Both the position numbers and the translations under genes were made by a program. A stretch of DNA of 64,000 nucleotides from Lama guanicoe (taxonomy: Eukaryota), in assembly GCA_013239625.1 (NCBI GenBank), contig MU053136.1, positions 700,017-764,016 of the forward strand, read 5' to 3'. This document shows, piece after piece, positions 11,564 through 23,248 of the stretch (its first letter is position 1; each line of letters opens with the position of its first letter). The notes under the pieces are model-generated. The model made no database searches, was not told the DNA's origin, and was given only the letters and a program-made list of their open reading frames with translations.

Positions 11564-12775
11564 TCAGCTGGCTATGAGAGACTGAGGAGCGGAGGTGGGT
11601 GGGGTATTTGGTGCCTGGAAGTTTAGGCTCGGGTGGAGGTGAGGGCCCGCTGCAGGGGGATGGATGCCTTCCTTGGTGATGATGATGGAATGCTGGGTGG
11701 AGGAGGAGGAGGAGGTGGAGGCACGTCTGCCCTCCCTGGCCTGGGCCTTGGGAAGGTAATGGACCACAGCTTTCAGCAGCCGATCCTGGAAGCCCGGGCT
11801 GAGAAAGTTGTAAAGGATGGGGTTGACGACGCAGTGGAGCATGGAGAAGCAGTCGATGATGTCGTAGAAGAAGTAGAGCAGGTGGGCCAGGTAGCAGTGG
11901 AGGGAGATGTGGGTCCCGTGCAGTGTGATCAGCAGCAGGGTCACATGGTAGGGCAGCCAGCAGATGGCGAAGACGGCTATGTAGGCACACAACAGCAGGC
12001 AGTGGCGCCGGCCCTCGGGCCGCCCCGCCCGCCGCAGGCGGCAGGCCGTCAGCACGTTGAAGACGGCAATGAGAGGGAAGGGCAGCAGGAAGCCCAGGAT
12101 GGTGGTGGACAGGGACACCACCAGCGCCCACGTGCTGTACGTTTCGAAAGGCGCCATGAAGAGGCACATGGGCTCAAAGCTGTCCACCAGCCGGATGTGG
12201 ACCACCTCGGGCAGCGGGACGAGGGCCGAGAGGACCCAGACGGCCGCGCACACAGCCCGCCGCCCGCGGTGCTGGTGGCGCTGCCAGGAGGGCGAGGCGC
12301 CGGTGAGTGTGACGTAGCGGTCGACGCTGAGGCACACCAGGAAGAAGACGCTGCTGTACATGCTGACGAAGTAGCAGTAGTGGGCGAAGCGGCAGGAGAA
12401 GCTGCCCCAGAGCCAGGTGTAGTCCAGCGTGACCTCCAGCATCCACACGGGCAGGGACAGCACGGTGCCCAGGTCGGCGGCCGCCATGTTGAGGACGTAG
12501 AGGCGCAGCAGCCCCGCGCGGCCGGCGCGGCGCCAGTGCACGCAGATCACCAGCAGGTTCTCCACCAGCCCGACCACGAACACGGCCAGGTAGAGCACGA
12601 AGAGCGCCACCCGCTTGGTGTTCTCGCTGAGCTCCACGTGGCACTCGGGCAGCGTGTGGTTGAAGAAGTAGAGCAGCTCCGTCCAGTTGTGGATCTCTCC
12701 CGGCTCGCTGGCCGGCCCCGCCGGGGGCCCCTGGGAGGGGCCGGGCCCCGCGGCCGACATGCGGGCGGCCGACAT
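11564..12775 (-). CDS. GPR182: G protein-coupled receptor 182 (atypical chemokine receptor ACKR5), about 403 aa
   Basis: Class A 7TM motifs (LNMAAADL, SVDRY, CWLPYH, NPILY); GEIHNWTELL and STQHSIIITK recognised; start set at the first ATG (12775) after the acceptor at 12810-12811; second in-frame ATG at 12760. Confidence 0.95.
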   Translation of the reverse strand: MSAARMSAAGPGPSQGPPAGPASEPGEIHNWTELLYFFNHTLPECHVELSENTKRVALFVLYLAVFVVGLVENLLVICVHWRRAGRAGLLRLYVLNMAAADLGTVLSLPVWMLEVTLDYTWLWGSFSCRFAHYCYFVSMYSSVFFLVCLSVDRYVTLTGASPSWQRHQHRGRRAVCAAVWVLSALVPLPEVVHIRLVDSFEPMCLFMAPFETYSTWALVVSLSTTILGFLLPFPLIAVFNVLTACRLRRAGRPEGRRHCLLLCAYIAVFAICWLPYHVTLLLITLHGTHISLHCYLAHLLYFFYDIIDCFSMLHCVVNPILYNFLSPGFQDRLLKAVVHYLPKAQAREGRRASTSSSSSTQHSIIITKEGIHPPAAGPHLHPSLNFQAPNTPPTSAPQSLIAS

Positions 12776-13278
12776 GCGGGCGGCAGGCGCCTCGCGGGGC
12801 GGGGGAGGGCTGCGAGGGAAAAGAGACCTCGGCGGCAGCCCCGTGTGCCCGAGGTCGCGGGCCGCAGGGCCGAGGAGGCTCTGGGTGAAGATTCTGGGTC
12901 TGGGGAGGCAAGAAAGGAGAGTGCACAGCTGACCACAGGCTTTGACCCAAGAGCGCAAATATGTTGTTAAGAGGTCTTGGTGGCAGGAGAGACCAGAACT
13001 GTTTGTGCCCGACCGCTTTCTTCCCAGCCCCGGCCAGCCCCACCCTCCTCCAGTCCAGGTGGGCTCAGTCCCCGCTTCTCTCCCGGCACATCACCCCTTG
13101 GCCCTTTTACGTGGGTCTTCCTTAGGGCTCTCGCTCTGTCTTGCTATTGGGACCACGTATGGGGACACACATCCCCCCACCCTGGCTCCAGCTCCTCCCT
13201 GGGAACAACTGTGATCATGCAAGGAAGCCAATTTCTCCAAGCCCTACTCCCTTCTTCCTGAGAGGGGGCAACACTCAC

Positions 13279-13500
13279 CTGAGTTTCCGTGTCGGGAGCA
13301 CTTCAGTCCTACAGGCCGGCAGGTCTGGAGTGCTGGGGAGCTGTGAGGAGGCTGGAGGGCCGTGGCTGCGGGGCTGGCTTTGCTGCGGGCTCAGGGCTGT
13401 CCTTCTCATCCAGGAAGCAGTATCACTGGCTGAGGCTCTGTGAGAGAGGGTCAGGATTTTTCCTGCCTTCCCCCAATCCAGTTAGAGGGGAAGTCACAGC
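13279..13500 (-). other. GPR182: Probable non-coding exon 1 of GPR182 (5' boundary approximate)
   Basis: Consensus donor CAG|GTGAGT on the minus strand (13279/13278) pairing with acceptor tctcttttccctcgcAG (12811-12810). Confidence 0.55.
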
Positions 13501-13554
13501 CAAAGGTCCAGTATGCCAGTGACAGGGAGGAGTCAGGCTGCAAGCATGAAAATC

Positions 13555-13720
13555 CAGAGTCCTCACTAGCTGTGTGAATTTACCTCTTTAAGCCTCAGTT
13601 CTCTCCTCTGCAAAATGGGATGACAGGCACATCTACTAAAACAGGTGTTGTGAGAATTAAATGAGCCAGCAGGGCGATGTGCTGAGCACAGGGCCGGCCC
13701 TGTGGTAAATGCATTACATA
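13555..13720 (+). mobile_element. MIR SINE fragment
   Basis: MIR core-like gcctcagttctctcctctgcaaaatggg...gttgtgagaattaaatgag. Confidence 0.7.
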
Positions 13721-14491
13721 TGTTTGTGGTCTCCCCTTGCTAAATCAGCTGGAGTCCTGCTCTCCGCTGTCTGTCCTGATTCTTGCCAAAGCAGGACTGG
13801 ATATGGGTGGGAGGGCTAAAGTAAATCTGAAAATGTGTCAGACTTGTAATCACTCTGGCCATTCCCCAGCATTGAGCTGCGATCTGAGGTGAGAATCTGG
13901 AGAGAGAGAGAAGGCTGGGTGTCGAGTGGGAAAGGGGCGTTGGGCTTCAGGGAGAAGCCTGGACACGGAGAGGGAGGAGGACAGCATTCTGTCCCCCGCT
14001 GCTCCGTGCTTCTCTGGCCAAGTGTGGCCGAGAGAGACAGACAGACAGACACCAGACTTCTGTCTCCCTCCAAGCCAAGCGGACGGCATGGAGCCCCTGG
14101 ATTTGTGTTGTTGAGGAACGTCTTGTGTCAGCAGAGCTTCCTGCTTCTCAGAGCACTTTCGCCCCAGTTACTGATTTGACCCCTGAGGTGGCCCTGTGGG
14201 CAGGAAGGGGGAGCTTCCTTATCCTCCGTGAGGCCCAGTCACACAGGCCACATTGCGAAGAGAGCAGAGCCACCTGGAGCTGGGCCTGTGTTTTGTAGGC
14301 TGTAGGATCGAGGGTGTGTTGGCTGGAGGGGGTTTGATATATATAAATTTAATCGAGGTGAAATTCCTATGGCAGTATTAACCATTTTAAAGTTTACAGT
14401 TCAGTGGCATTTAGTATATTCACATTGTTGTGCAAACATCACTACCAACCATCTCCACGGGAAGGGATATTTTTAATTTTTCAGTTTTCTT

Positions 14492-14744
14492 TTTTTTCTC
14501 AACATTTTTCATTGAGTTATACTCATTTTACAATGTTGTGTCAAATTCCAGTGTAGAGAACAATTTTTCAGTTATACGTGAACATACATACATTCATTGT
14601 CACATTTTTTTCTCTGTGAGCTACCGTAAGATCTTGTGTACATTTTCCTGTGCTACACAGTATAATCTTGTTTATCTGTTATACAATTTTGAAATCCCAT
14701 CTATCGCTTCCCACCCTCCGCCCCCTTGGCAACCACAAGTTTGT
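14492..14744 (-). mobile_element. 5'-truncated young L1 3' end with 16-bp TSD
   Basis: Poly-T head; 3' UTR shared with copies at 19.9, 51.9 and 55.9 kb; TSD ATTTTTCAGTTTTCTT at 14476-14491 and 14745-14760. Confidence 0.85.
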
Positions 14745-14769
14745 ATTTTTCAGTTTTCTTAAAGTCTCC

Positions 14770-15573
14770 CATAGAAAAACTGTTTCTTTGCTCACGACGC
14801 TTCTGACACCAAATGTGTAGAGTTCCCCTCACCACTGCCGTACCAACCAATTTTCCAACTCTCCAGACACCAGCTGGGTGTCCTATCATTTAATTCTGAC
14901 ACCAAGCACCTGGAGTTAGTGTCAGACTCCACAGGCTTAAGGGCTTAGATGTCAGTTGCAAGCAATGGGTTCCCCTAGGTACACACACGTCTATCCAACA
15001 TGGCTACAAAGTTCGGGGTACCCACTCCCCCTCCAGTTTTAATAATTTGCTGGAATGGCTCATAAAACTCAGGGAAATACTTACTTATGTTTACTGTTTC
15101 ATTATAAAGGATACAAATGAACAGCCAGATAAACAGGGACTGTCTCTGTGGAGTTGGGGAGCACCACCCTCCTGGCACATGGATATGTTCACCAACCCGG
15201 GAGCTCTTGGAACCTCATAGTGTAGGGATTTTTATGGAGACTTTATCATGTAGACATGACTGATTATTACTTTAATCTCTAGCCCCACCCTTCTCCCCAG
15301 AGGATGGGGTAGGGGGTGAGGCTGAAAGTTCCAAGCTTCTAATCAAGGCTTGGTCTTGCTGGTGAGCAGCCCCATCCCCAAGTCATCAGGAGCCCAAGAA
15401 GAGTCATCTCCCTGGAACAAAAGACATTCCTATCACCCAAGAGATTCCAAGGGGTTTGGGAGTTCTCTGTAAGATGCTCTTGTCACTCTGATTACCAGGA
15501 AATTACCAAGATTTTAGGAGCTCTGTGTAAGGAACCAGGGCAAAGACCAAATGTATATCTTTTATTATATCAC
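14770..15573. mobile_element. MER21-like LTR
   Basis: Characteristic cttctgacaccaaatgt..., cctggagttagtgtcagactccacagg and terminal ...tattatatcaca; family named from recognition. Confidence 0.65.
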
Positions 15574-16819
15574 ACCTCCACTTACACATCAGACCACTCC
15601 TAGATCAAGAAATCTGTCATGATGAACTATGATGACATCAAATGTGGTTCACTTTGATTTTTCAGGCAGTTCTGCTCTCTCTTTAGGGTCTCAGTTTCTA
15701 TCAATAGAGAGCCTTCTGAGAATTTTCACTTCCTTCCCCCTGCATTTGAGCCATGCTGATGGAGGCTCTAATGGACCAAGCACCCTCCAAAAAGACCCAG
15801 GTCTGGCTTCTGTTCTCTCCACATGGACCACACATTGTGACTCACGGTCATTTCCGTTCCTCTCAAGACTGCATTTTAGTGGCTCAGTCTCCTGAGTCTG
15901 AATCTTCCACCCAGAACCTTTCCCCTCCCACACAGAGACATCACCCACTGCAGCCTCACCTCCATCTGCTGCCCAGTCCCCTCACCCCCATCACCCAGTG
16001 TGTATTTGCAGCAAGAGGAAGTGATGGCGGTTCCTTCTGGCAGAGGCACAGAGGGAAAGCTGCTCCCTCAGAAAGAAATAAGTGATAGCTCTGCAGTTTT
16101 CATGTGGTTGTTTTTCTTGGGAGGAGGTAGGCAGCTGGAAAGGGAGAGACTGGAATGAAAGGAAAGAGGGAGGGGGCAGGAGCCCAGGCTCCTTGCCAAC
16201 CTGGATAGGAGGAGAGGGCAAATAATTAAAGCAATAGGACCAGTAGCAAAACAATTCCTGGAAATTTACTCTTTCTCCTTCCTCCCCCCCACCACTTCTT
16301 TTTTAAAAAATATAGACAAGACATTGTAGTCAACAATCAGAAAGGAAGGAAGGTACCAGGGAGGAGTTATTGGGAGGCACAGATAAAGGCAGGCAGCTTC
16401 CCAGGGTTGGGAGGGGGCCAAGGGCTTGCGCCTGGACCCTGGAGGAAGGGGTGGAGCAGATTGTCCCAGGAATCCCCCAACTTGCCTGGCCTTTGTGACC
16501 AAGGACCGTACTTTATGTGGTGAGGGCAGGTGGACTGTGGACAGGTCAAGGCTGAGGAGTTTGGCAGTGATAGCACGCCCTTCCCCAGCCTGAGCTTCCA
16601 GAAGGTCACTGAGTACAGAAGCCAAGTCCAACCGCAGAAGTTGCTCTGCCCTCCTGCCGTGGCTTTTCCAAGCCAGGAAGGTAGGCTTGTCTACCCAGAA
16701 GCACCAGAGCAAGGGCTCCCCAGGCTCCCCAAGACAGGATGTGGCCCAGCGACCCCCATCCTTGCTCTGCTTAGCTCTTCCCTGAGACAGTGGAGAGAAC
16801 ACTAGGTTGGGGACCAGAC

Positions 16820-16985
16820 CTGGCTTTGACACCCTGTTCCACCACTTAGTAGCTTGGTAGCTTTGGGCAATCCACCTTACCTTTCTGAGTCTCACTTTCT
16901 TTATATGTAAAATGAGGATAACGGTGGCAGGGTTGTAGTATGGGATGGATGACATCATATATGTAAAGCGCTTGGCATAAACATG
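16820..16985 (+). mobile_element. MIR fragment
   Basis: ctttgggcaatccaccttacctttctgagtctcactttctttatatgtaaaatgagg, MIR core-like. Confidence 0.65.
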
Positions 16986-17194
16986 CCCCCTTTCCACTTC
17001 TTGGGGACGAGGAGAGAGAAATGCCTTCTGTGGAACTGACCTTGAGATCCTCTCCCTAGTCCCACCAACGCCAGCCATTTTTCCTCTGAACTGGATCAAC
17101 ACTCGCTTCTTTTATTGAGTCGTCTGATGTATGTGTTATGCAAAACGTCAAGAACCCCAGATGCCTCCATGCATCACCAGAGAGGAGCTGTAGT

Positions 17195-17360
17195 AATGGT
17201 GACAGCTAACAGCTACTGAGCACGCACCATTTGCCAGGCATGACTGCAGGGTGCTTTCCAGGTATCATCTCATTTAATCCTCACAGCAACTTGAGGTGGG
17301 TTCTGTCGTAGACAGGGAGACTGAGGCACAACGAGGTCAAACAATTTGCCTGAGTCACAC
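17195..17360 (-). mobile_element. MIR/L2 fragment
   Basis: tcatctcatttaatcctcacagcaac...gactgaggcaca...aatttgcctgagtcacac. Confidence 0.6.
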
Positions 17361-18220
17361 CGCCAGTAGTTCAGTAAACTCTTACTACTGGGATTCTTGA
17401 CCTGGTGCCTGGCACCTAATGGCTTTAGGTGGTCTGTGAACTTACTGAAAACTAAATATAAAACCCTGTCTGTTGCGTTAAGTCGTTTTTATGGGGCTTC
17501 AATCCTTCCTTGGCTGCTCAAAAGGATCCATGATGTCCGAATGGTTAAACATGACCACCCTAGAAGAGCTTCTCAGGGACATGGGGCAGGGTCTACACTT
17601 CTGTGGAGGGGACTCAGCCCTGAGAATTCTGGGAAATTTCTTGAGTGAAGGAGAAGTTGCCTTCATGGTGCTGAGAGAAGTGTGGGAGGATCTGGGGGAG
17701 GGGCTTGAGAAAGGGAAGGTGGGTTGCTTTTGCTTCCCAGCCCTCATCCTTCCTTCAAGATGAAGGACAACTGTTTCCTCTCGTGGTTTCTCAAGAGAGT
17801 GTGTGCCGGGGGGTGGTGCATATTCGTCTAAGGAAGAGGAAACTTGGAGAGACTGACAGAGACTGGCAAGGCCCTGGGTACCATTCTCTCAGGGAAACTG
17901 GGACCTCCCAGCAGTCTCTTGGAATGCCCCAGCTCTCCCCTCCTTCACTTCCCTATCCCCTCCCTGGCTCTGTTCCTCCCTCAGATTCCCCCACCTCCTG
18001 ACCCGCAGTACCTCCTCCAGGGTCCCTGTAGATGTGCTGATTCCAGGTTTATTCAGTTCTACTAATTTGTGCTGAGCACCTAATGTGGGCTGGACAGAAA
18101 TTCTTCTTGCATTCTGTGGAGCTGAGGCCCCAGCTTCCTAAGTTTTCACCATTTTGATGAGAACATACAGATTCTTAGACTCCCAGAGAGCTGGTGTTCA
18201 GAGGACTTGCTGAAGTCATC

Positions 18221-19940
18221 TTTTTTTTTTAATTGAAGTATTGTCAGTTTACAATGTTCTGTCAGTTTTTGGTATACAGCACAATGTTTCTGTCCAACAT
18301 ATACCTACATATATTCCTTTCCGTATTTTTTTCCATTATAGTTTACTGCAAGATATTGCTTATAGTTCCCTGGGCTATACAGTATAAACTTGTTTGTCTA
18401 TTTTATATATAGTAGTTAGTATCTGCAAATCTCAGACTCCCAGTTTATCCCTTACCACACCCTTCCCCTCCGGTAACCATGAGTTTGTTTTCTATGTCTC
18501 TGAGTCTATTTCTGTTTTGTAGATAAGTTCATTTGTGTCTTTTTTTTGTTTGTTTTGGATTCCACATATGAGCGATCACATATGGTATTTTTCTTTCTCT
18601 TTCTGGGTTACTTCACTTAGGATGACGATCTCCAGGTGCATACGTATTGCTGCAAATGACATTATTTTATCCTTTTTCATGGCTCGGTAGTATTCCATTG
18701 CATATGTGTACCACAACTTCTTTATCCAATCATCTGTTGATGGACATTTAGGTTGCTTCCATGTCTTGGCTGTTGTAAATAGTGCTGCTATGAGCGCTAG
18801 GGTGCCCGTATCTTTTCAAATTAGAGTTTCCTCTGGATATATGTCCTGGAGTGGGATTGCTGGATCATACGGTAAGTCTATTTTTAGTGTTTTAAGGAAT
18901 CTGCATGCTGTTTCCCATACTGGTCGCACCAAACTACATTTCCATCAACAGGGTAGGAGGGTTCCCTTTTCTCCACACCACCAGCATTTATTGTTTGTGG
19001 ACTTTTGAATGATGGCTATTCTGACTGGTGTGTGGTGATACCTCACTGTAGTTTTGATTTTCATTTCTCTGATAATGAGAGATACTGAGCATTTTTTCAT
19101 GTGCCTATTGGCCATTTGTATGTCTTCATTGGAGAATTGCTTGTTTAGGTCTTCTGACTATTTTTTGATTGAGTTGTTTGCTTTTTTTGTTGTTGTTATT
19201 AAGTTATATGAGCTGTTTGTATATTTTGGAAATTTAGCTTTTGTCTAATAATTTGCAATTATTTTCTGCCATTCCATAGGTTGTCTTTTTGTTTTGTTTA
19301 TAGTTTCCTTTGCTGTGCAAAAGCTTATAAGTTTAATTAGATCCCATTTGTTTATTTTTTCTTTTATTTCTATTGCCTGGATAGACTGCCCTAGCAGAAC
19401 ATTGCTGATTTATGCCAGGGAATGTTTTGCCTATGTTTTCTTCTAGGAGGTTTATAGTGTCTTGTCTTATGTTTAAGTCTTTAAGCTATTTTGAGTTTAT
19501 TTTTGTGTATGGTGTATGGGAGTGGTCTAACTTCACTGATTTCCATGTGGCTCTCCAGCATCCCAACAACACTTGCCAAAGAGGCTGCCTTTTCTCCACT
19601 GTATATTCTTGCCTCGTTTGCCGAAGATTAATTGGCCATAAGTATGTGGGTTTATTTCTAGGCTGTCTATTCTGTTTCATTGATCCATATGTCTCTTTTG
19701 TGCCAATACCATGCTCTTTTGATTACTGTAGCTCTGTACTATTGTCTGAAGTCTGGGAGGGTTATACCTCTAGCTTTGTTATTTTTCTTGAATATTGCTT
19801 TGGCAATTCTGGCTCTTTTGTGATTCAGTATAAATTTTAAGGTTATTTGTTTTAGTTATGTGAAAAATCTCCTGGATAATTTGATAGGGATCACATTAAA
19901 TCTGTAGATTGCTTTGGATAGTATGGCCATTTTAACAGTA
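18221..19940 (-). mobile_element. L1 3' portion (ORF2 C-terminus plus 3' UTR), older subfamily
   Basis: Poly-T at 18221; ORF2-like peptide remnants on the minus strand (19486-19680 ...HTPYTKINSK); interrupted by the younger L1 at 19941. Confidence 0.9.
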
Positions 19941-22900
19941 TTTTTTTTTACATTTTTTTTATTGAGTAGTAGTCATTTTACAATGTTGTGTCAAATTTCC
20001 AGTGTAGAGCACAATTTTTAAGTTATACATGAATATATATATATGCACATATATATTCATTGTCAGTTTTTTTTTCGCTATGAGCTACCACAAGATCTTG
20101 TATATATTTCCCTGTGCTATACAGTATAATCTTGTTTATCTATTCTGCATTTTAAAATCCCAGTCTGTCCCTTCCCACCCTGTCCCTCCCCCCCCGCCCC
20201 CTTGGCAACCACAAGTTTGTATTCTATGTCTATGAGTCTGTTTCTGTTTTGTATTTATGTTCTTTTTCTTTTAGATTCCACATATAAGTGATCTCATATG
20301 GTATTTTGCTTTCTCTTTCTGGCTTACTTCACTTAGAATGACATTCTCCAGGAACGTCCATGTTGCTGCAAATGGCGTTATGTTGTCGGGTTTTGTGGCT
20401 GAATAGTATTCCATTGTATAAATATACCACCTCTTCTTTATCTAGTCATCTTTTGATGGACATCTAGGGTGTTTTCCATGTCTTGGCTATTGTAAATAGT
20501 GCTGCTATGAACATTGGGGTGCAAGTGTCATTTTGAAGTAGGGTTCCTTTTGGATATATGCCCAGGAGCGGGATTCCTGGGTCACATGGTAAGTCTATTC
20601 CTAGTCTCCTGAGGAGTCTCCATACTGTTTTCCACAGTGGCTTTCCTTGCTTCCCTCTCTCATTCTCAGTGATTTGGATGTCTTCTTTTACAATTCTGTG
20701 TTTATTCTTTTTGTAATTCATGGTAGTCATCACCTTTCCAGTTACGAGTTTCTCATTTCTGTAGCATCCTGCTGCTTTTCTATTTAGAGTAGACCTGTCA
20801 ATATTTCTTTTAGCGTGGGTTTAGTGTTGCTAAACTCTTTTAGTTTTTGCTTGTCTCTGTGAAGTTCTTCATCTCTCCTTCTATTCTGAAGGACAGCCTT
20901 GCTGGATAGAGTATCCAAGGCTGCATCTTTTTTTTCATTCAGGACTTTGAATGTATCTTGCCACTCCCTTCTGGCCTATAGAGTTTGTGTCGAGAAATCA
21001 GCTGAGAGCCTTATGGGGGTTCCCTTGTAACTCACTCTTTGTTTTTCTCTTGCTGCCTTTAGGATCATTTCTTTATCGTTGACTCTGGCCATCTTGATTA
21101 TGGTATGTCTTGGTGTGGGTCTGTTTGGGTTCTTCCTGTTTGGGACCCACTGAGCCTCCTGTACTTGGATATCTGATTCTTTCTTTAGGTTTGGGAAGTT
21201 TTCAGTCATGATTTCTTCCAATACCTTTTCAATCCTCTTTGTCCTTTATTCCCCTTCTGGGACCCCTATTATGTGTAAATTGGCACGCATTATATTATCC
21301 CATCGGTCCCTTATATTGTTTTCATTGTTTTTTATTTGTTTTTCTCTCAGCTGTTCTGATTGGGTGCTTTCTGCTGTCCTGTCTTCTAGGTCACTTATTT
21401 GTTCCTCTGCATTATCTAGCCTGCTTTGGACAGCCTTTAGGTCAGCTCTCATCTCAGCAAATGAGTTTACTAATTCTACTTGGTTCCTCTTTATAGCTTC
21501 TATTTCATTTTTGACATATTTTATATCTGTTTTAGTTCCTTCTGTACTTTGATCACTCCTTTTTTGAAATCTTGATCTAGTAGGCCATCAATGTCTATTT
21601 TCTTGATCATGCTTTCAGGGGATTTCTCTTCATCTTTTAATTGGGAGTGGTTCTTCTGCTTCTTCATCTTGCTCATATCTCTCTGGCACTGTGGCTTAAG
21701 GAGTATCAGTTATCTAGTTCTCTTGGGGAGGGTGTGCTCTTAATGATTTTATTGAGAGGTCTTTGTGTCTTCGCCCTGTTTCACGAACTCAGCTTGCTGT
21801 TTCCAGAGGCCCTCTGTTGGTGCCCTCATCTGTGCTGCTCCCAGTGGCTGTTGGCTAGCAGATCATGAACCCTCCCAACACTGGGTCTGGTGCTGAGCTC
21901 TTACCCAGTGGGCGGGTGGGTCACTCCCCTTCCCGATGCCGCAGTCAGATGCTGTGCTTGGGCGGGTGAGACAGGTGGGCAGATTGTGCCCCCTCCCAGC
22001 ACCGTGGTCAGGTGCTGCGTTCCTGCCGGGAAGGCAGGTGGCCGCCCGCCCTCTTCTGGCGCTGGTTGCTCCGCTGCTCTGTGCAGCTGTGCGCTCCACC
22101 TCAGGTCAGTGCTCCGAAGGTGGGCTCGGGGAAGACCGTGGAATGGTCCTGCCCCTGCTCCCTGCCACATGGTGCGAATTCTCTGAGGTGCCAGGGCAGA
22201 AAGATCCTATCTGCCTCAGGCTGTAAACAAGTCTCAGTCCTGCCTAGGAGGTTGCGGAGCCCCTAGATATGGACTCAGGGCTCGGCCCCGCCCCTGCCCG
22301 GGTGCAGCGTACAGGAGGAGGTGGCGGCTGTGGCTGCGCCTGCCTCTCTTCTTGCAAGAAGTGCCAGTAATGGCGGTGCGGGTCTGAGGAGACAAAGGCT
22401 ACGGCGCCTCTCCCCCCAGGGCACACCAGCCGTGTTGCTTTGCTTGTTTTGCAATTTATGGGGGACTGAGGTTGTTCTGCCCGTATCCCCTCCCAGCCGT
22501 GGCGCGCAGCCCCCTGCAGTCCCCCCGGGCTGCCTCAGTGCAGCCGCCCCTGTCCTCTGCCCGGCTCACCCGGCCTGTCCCAGTCCCCGGCTTGCGTCTC
22601 GGGCTGGGTGTCGCGGGGACCCTTTGTGCCTATTTAACTCAGTTCTGTCGGTCAAGGGGTGCTCGGGGCAGATTGAGCCTCGGAGGCTCCCCCTCCGTCC
22701 CTCTGGCCTCTCCGTTGGAGAGGGGGGAAGACCCAGTGAATGAGTGCTAGTCCTCCTTTGCCGCTCCCTCCCTGCAGGATTGATCCCGCACTGTTTTGAT
22801 ATTTGTTCTTTCTTTTTTCCTTTTCTCCTACCAGATTTTTGGCGTCTTTGTCTTTTGAAGAGGGCGATGTTCTGTTGGAATTCATTAAGTGCTCTGGTTG

Positions 22901-22986
22901 GCTGCGTGGGTCCATAGAAGTGAGTTTTGGTGTATTTGTGGGAGAAGGTGAGCTACGAGTGTCCTTCTACTCTGCCATCTTGGCCC
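19941..22986 (-). mobile_element. L1 with 5' UTR and ORF1 but lacking nearly all of ORF2 (about 3 kb)
   Basis: L1-type 5' end (GGCCAAGATGGCAGAGTAGAAGGAC on minus), CpG-rich 5' UTR, disrupted ORF1 21676-20784 (SRLDNAEEQISDLEDR, ENFPNL...RPTPRHTIIK), spacer joined at 20641/20640 to ORF2 C-terminus PLWKTVWR, then 3' UTR and poly-A. Confidence 0.9.
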
Positions 22987-23248
22987 TGAGTAGGGACAGA
23001 TATTCAATACCTGGAGGCAAGGTTACTTCTCTTCACTGTGGGACGTCACTGCATGTAGCAGGGCTGCAGGTGTGTAGAGCTTGAAACAAACTAGCACAAT
23101 GGGTCCCAGCCCTGCCCATTCCACCTCCCTTTTGTTATCTAAGCTCTCTCTCTTCAGAAGAGCCCTCCTGGGTGGAGAAGAGGTAATGAGTGCCTGGGGA
23201 ATGGTGCTCTTAACTCTTGGCCCTGGTCGCAGCTGAGATTTTGCCTGG

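Noticed and set aside
12776..12958. 61-aa N-terminal extension of GPR182 in the ORF track
   Set aside because: Non-ATG start, and it crosses the splice acceptor at 12810 into intron
11633..12970. 445-aa plus-strand ORF antisense to GPR182
   Set aside because: Shadow of a GC3-rich coding strand; no recognisable domain
16266..17102. 278-aa minus-strand ORF
   Set aside because: Runs through a MIR fragment, non-ATG start, no protein-family motifs
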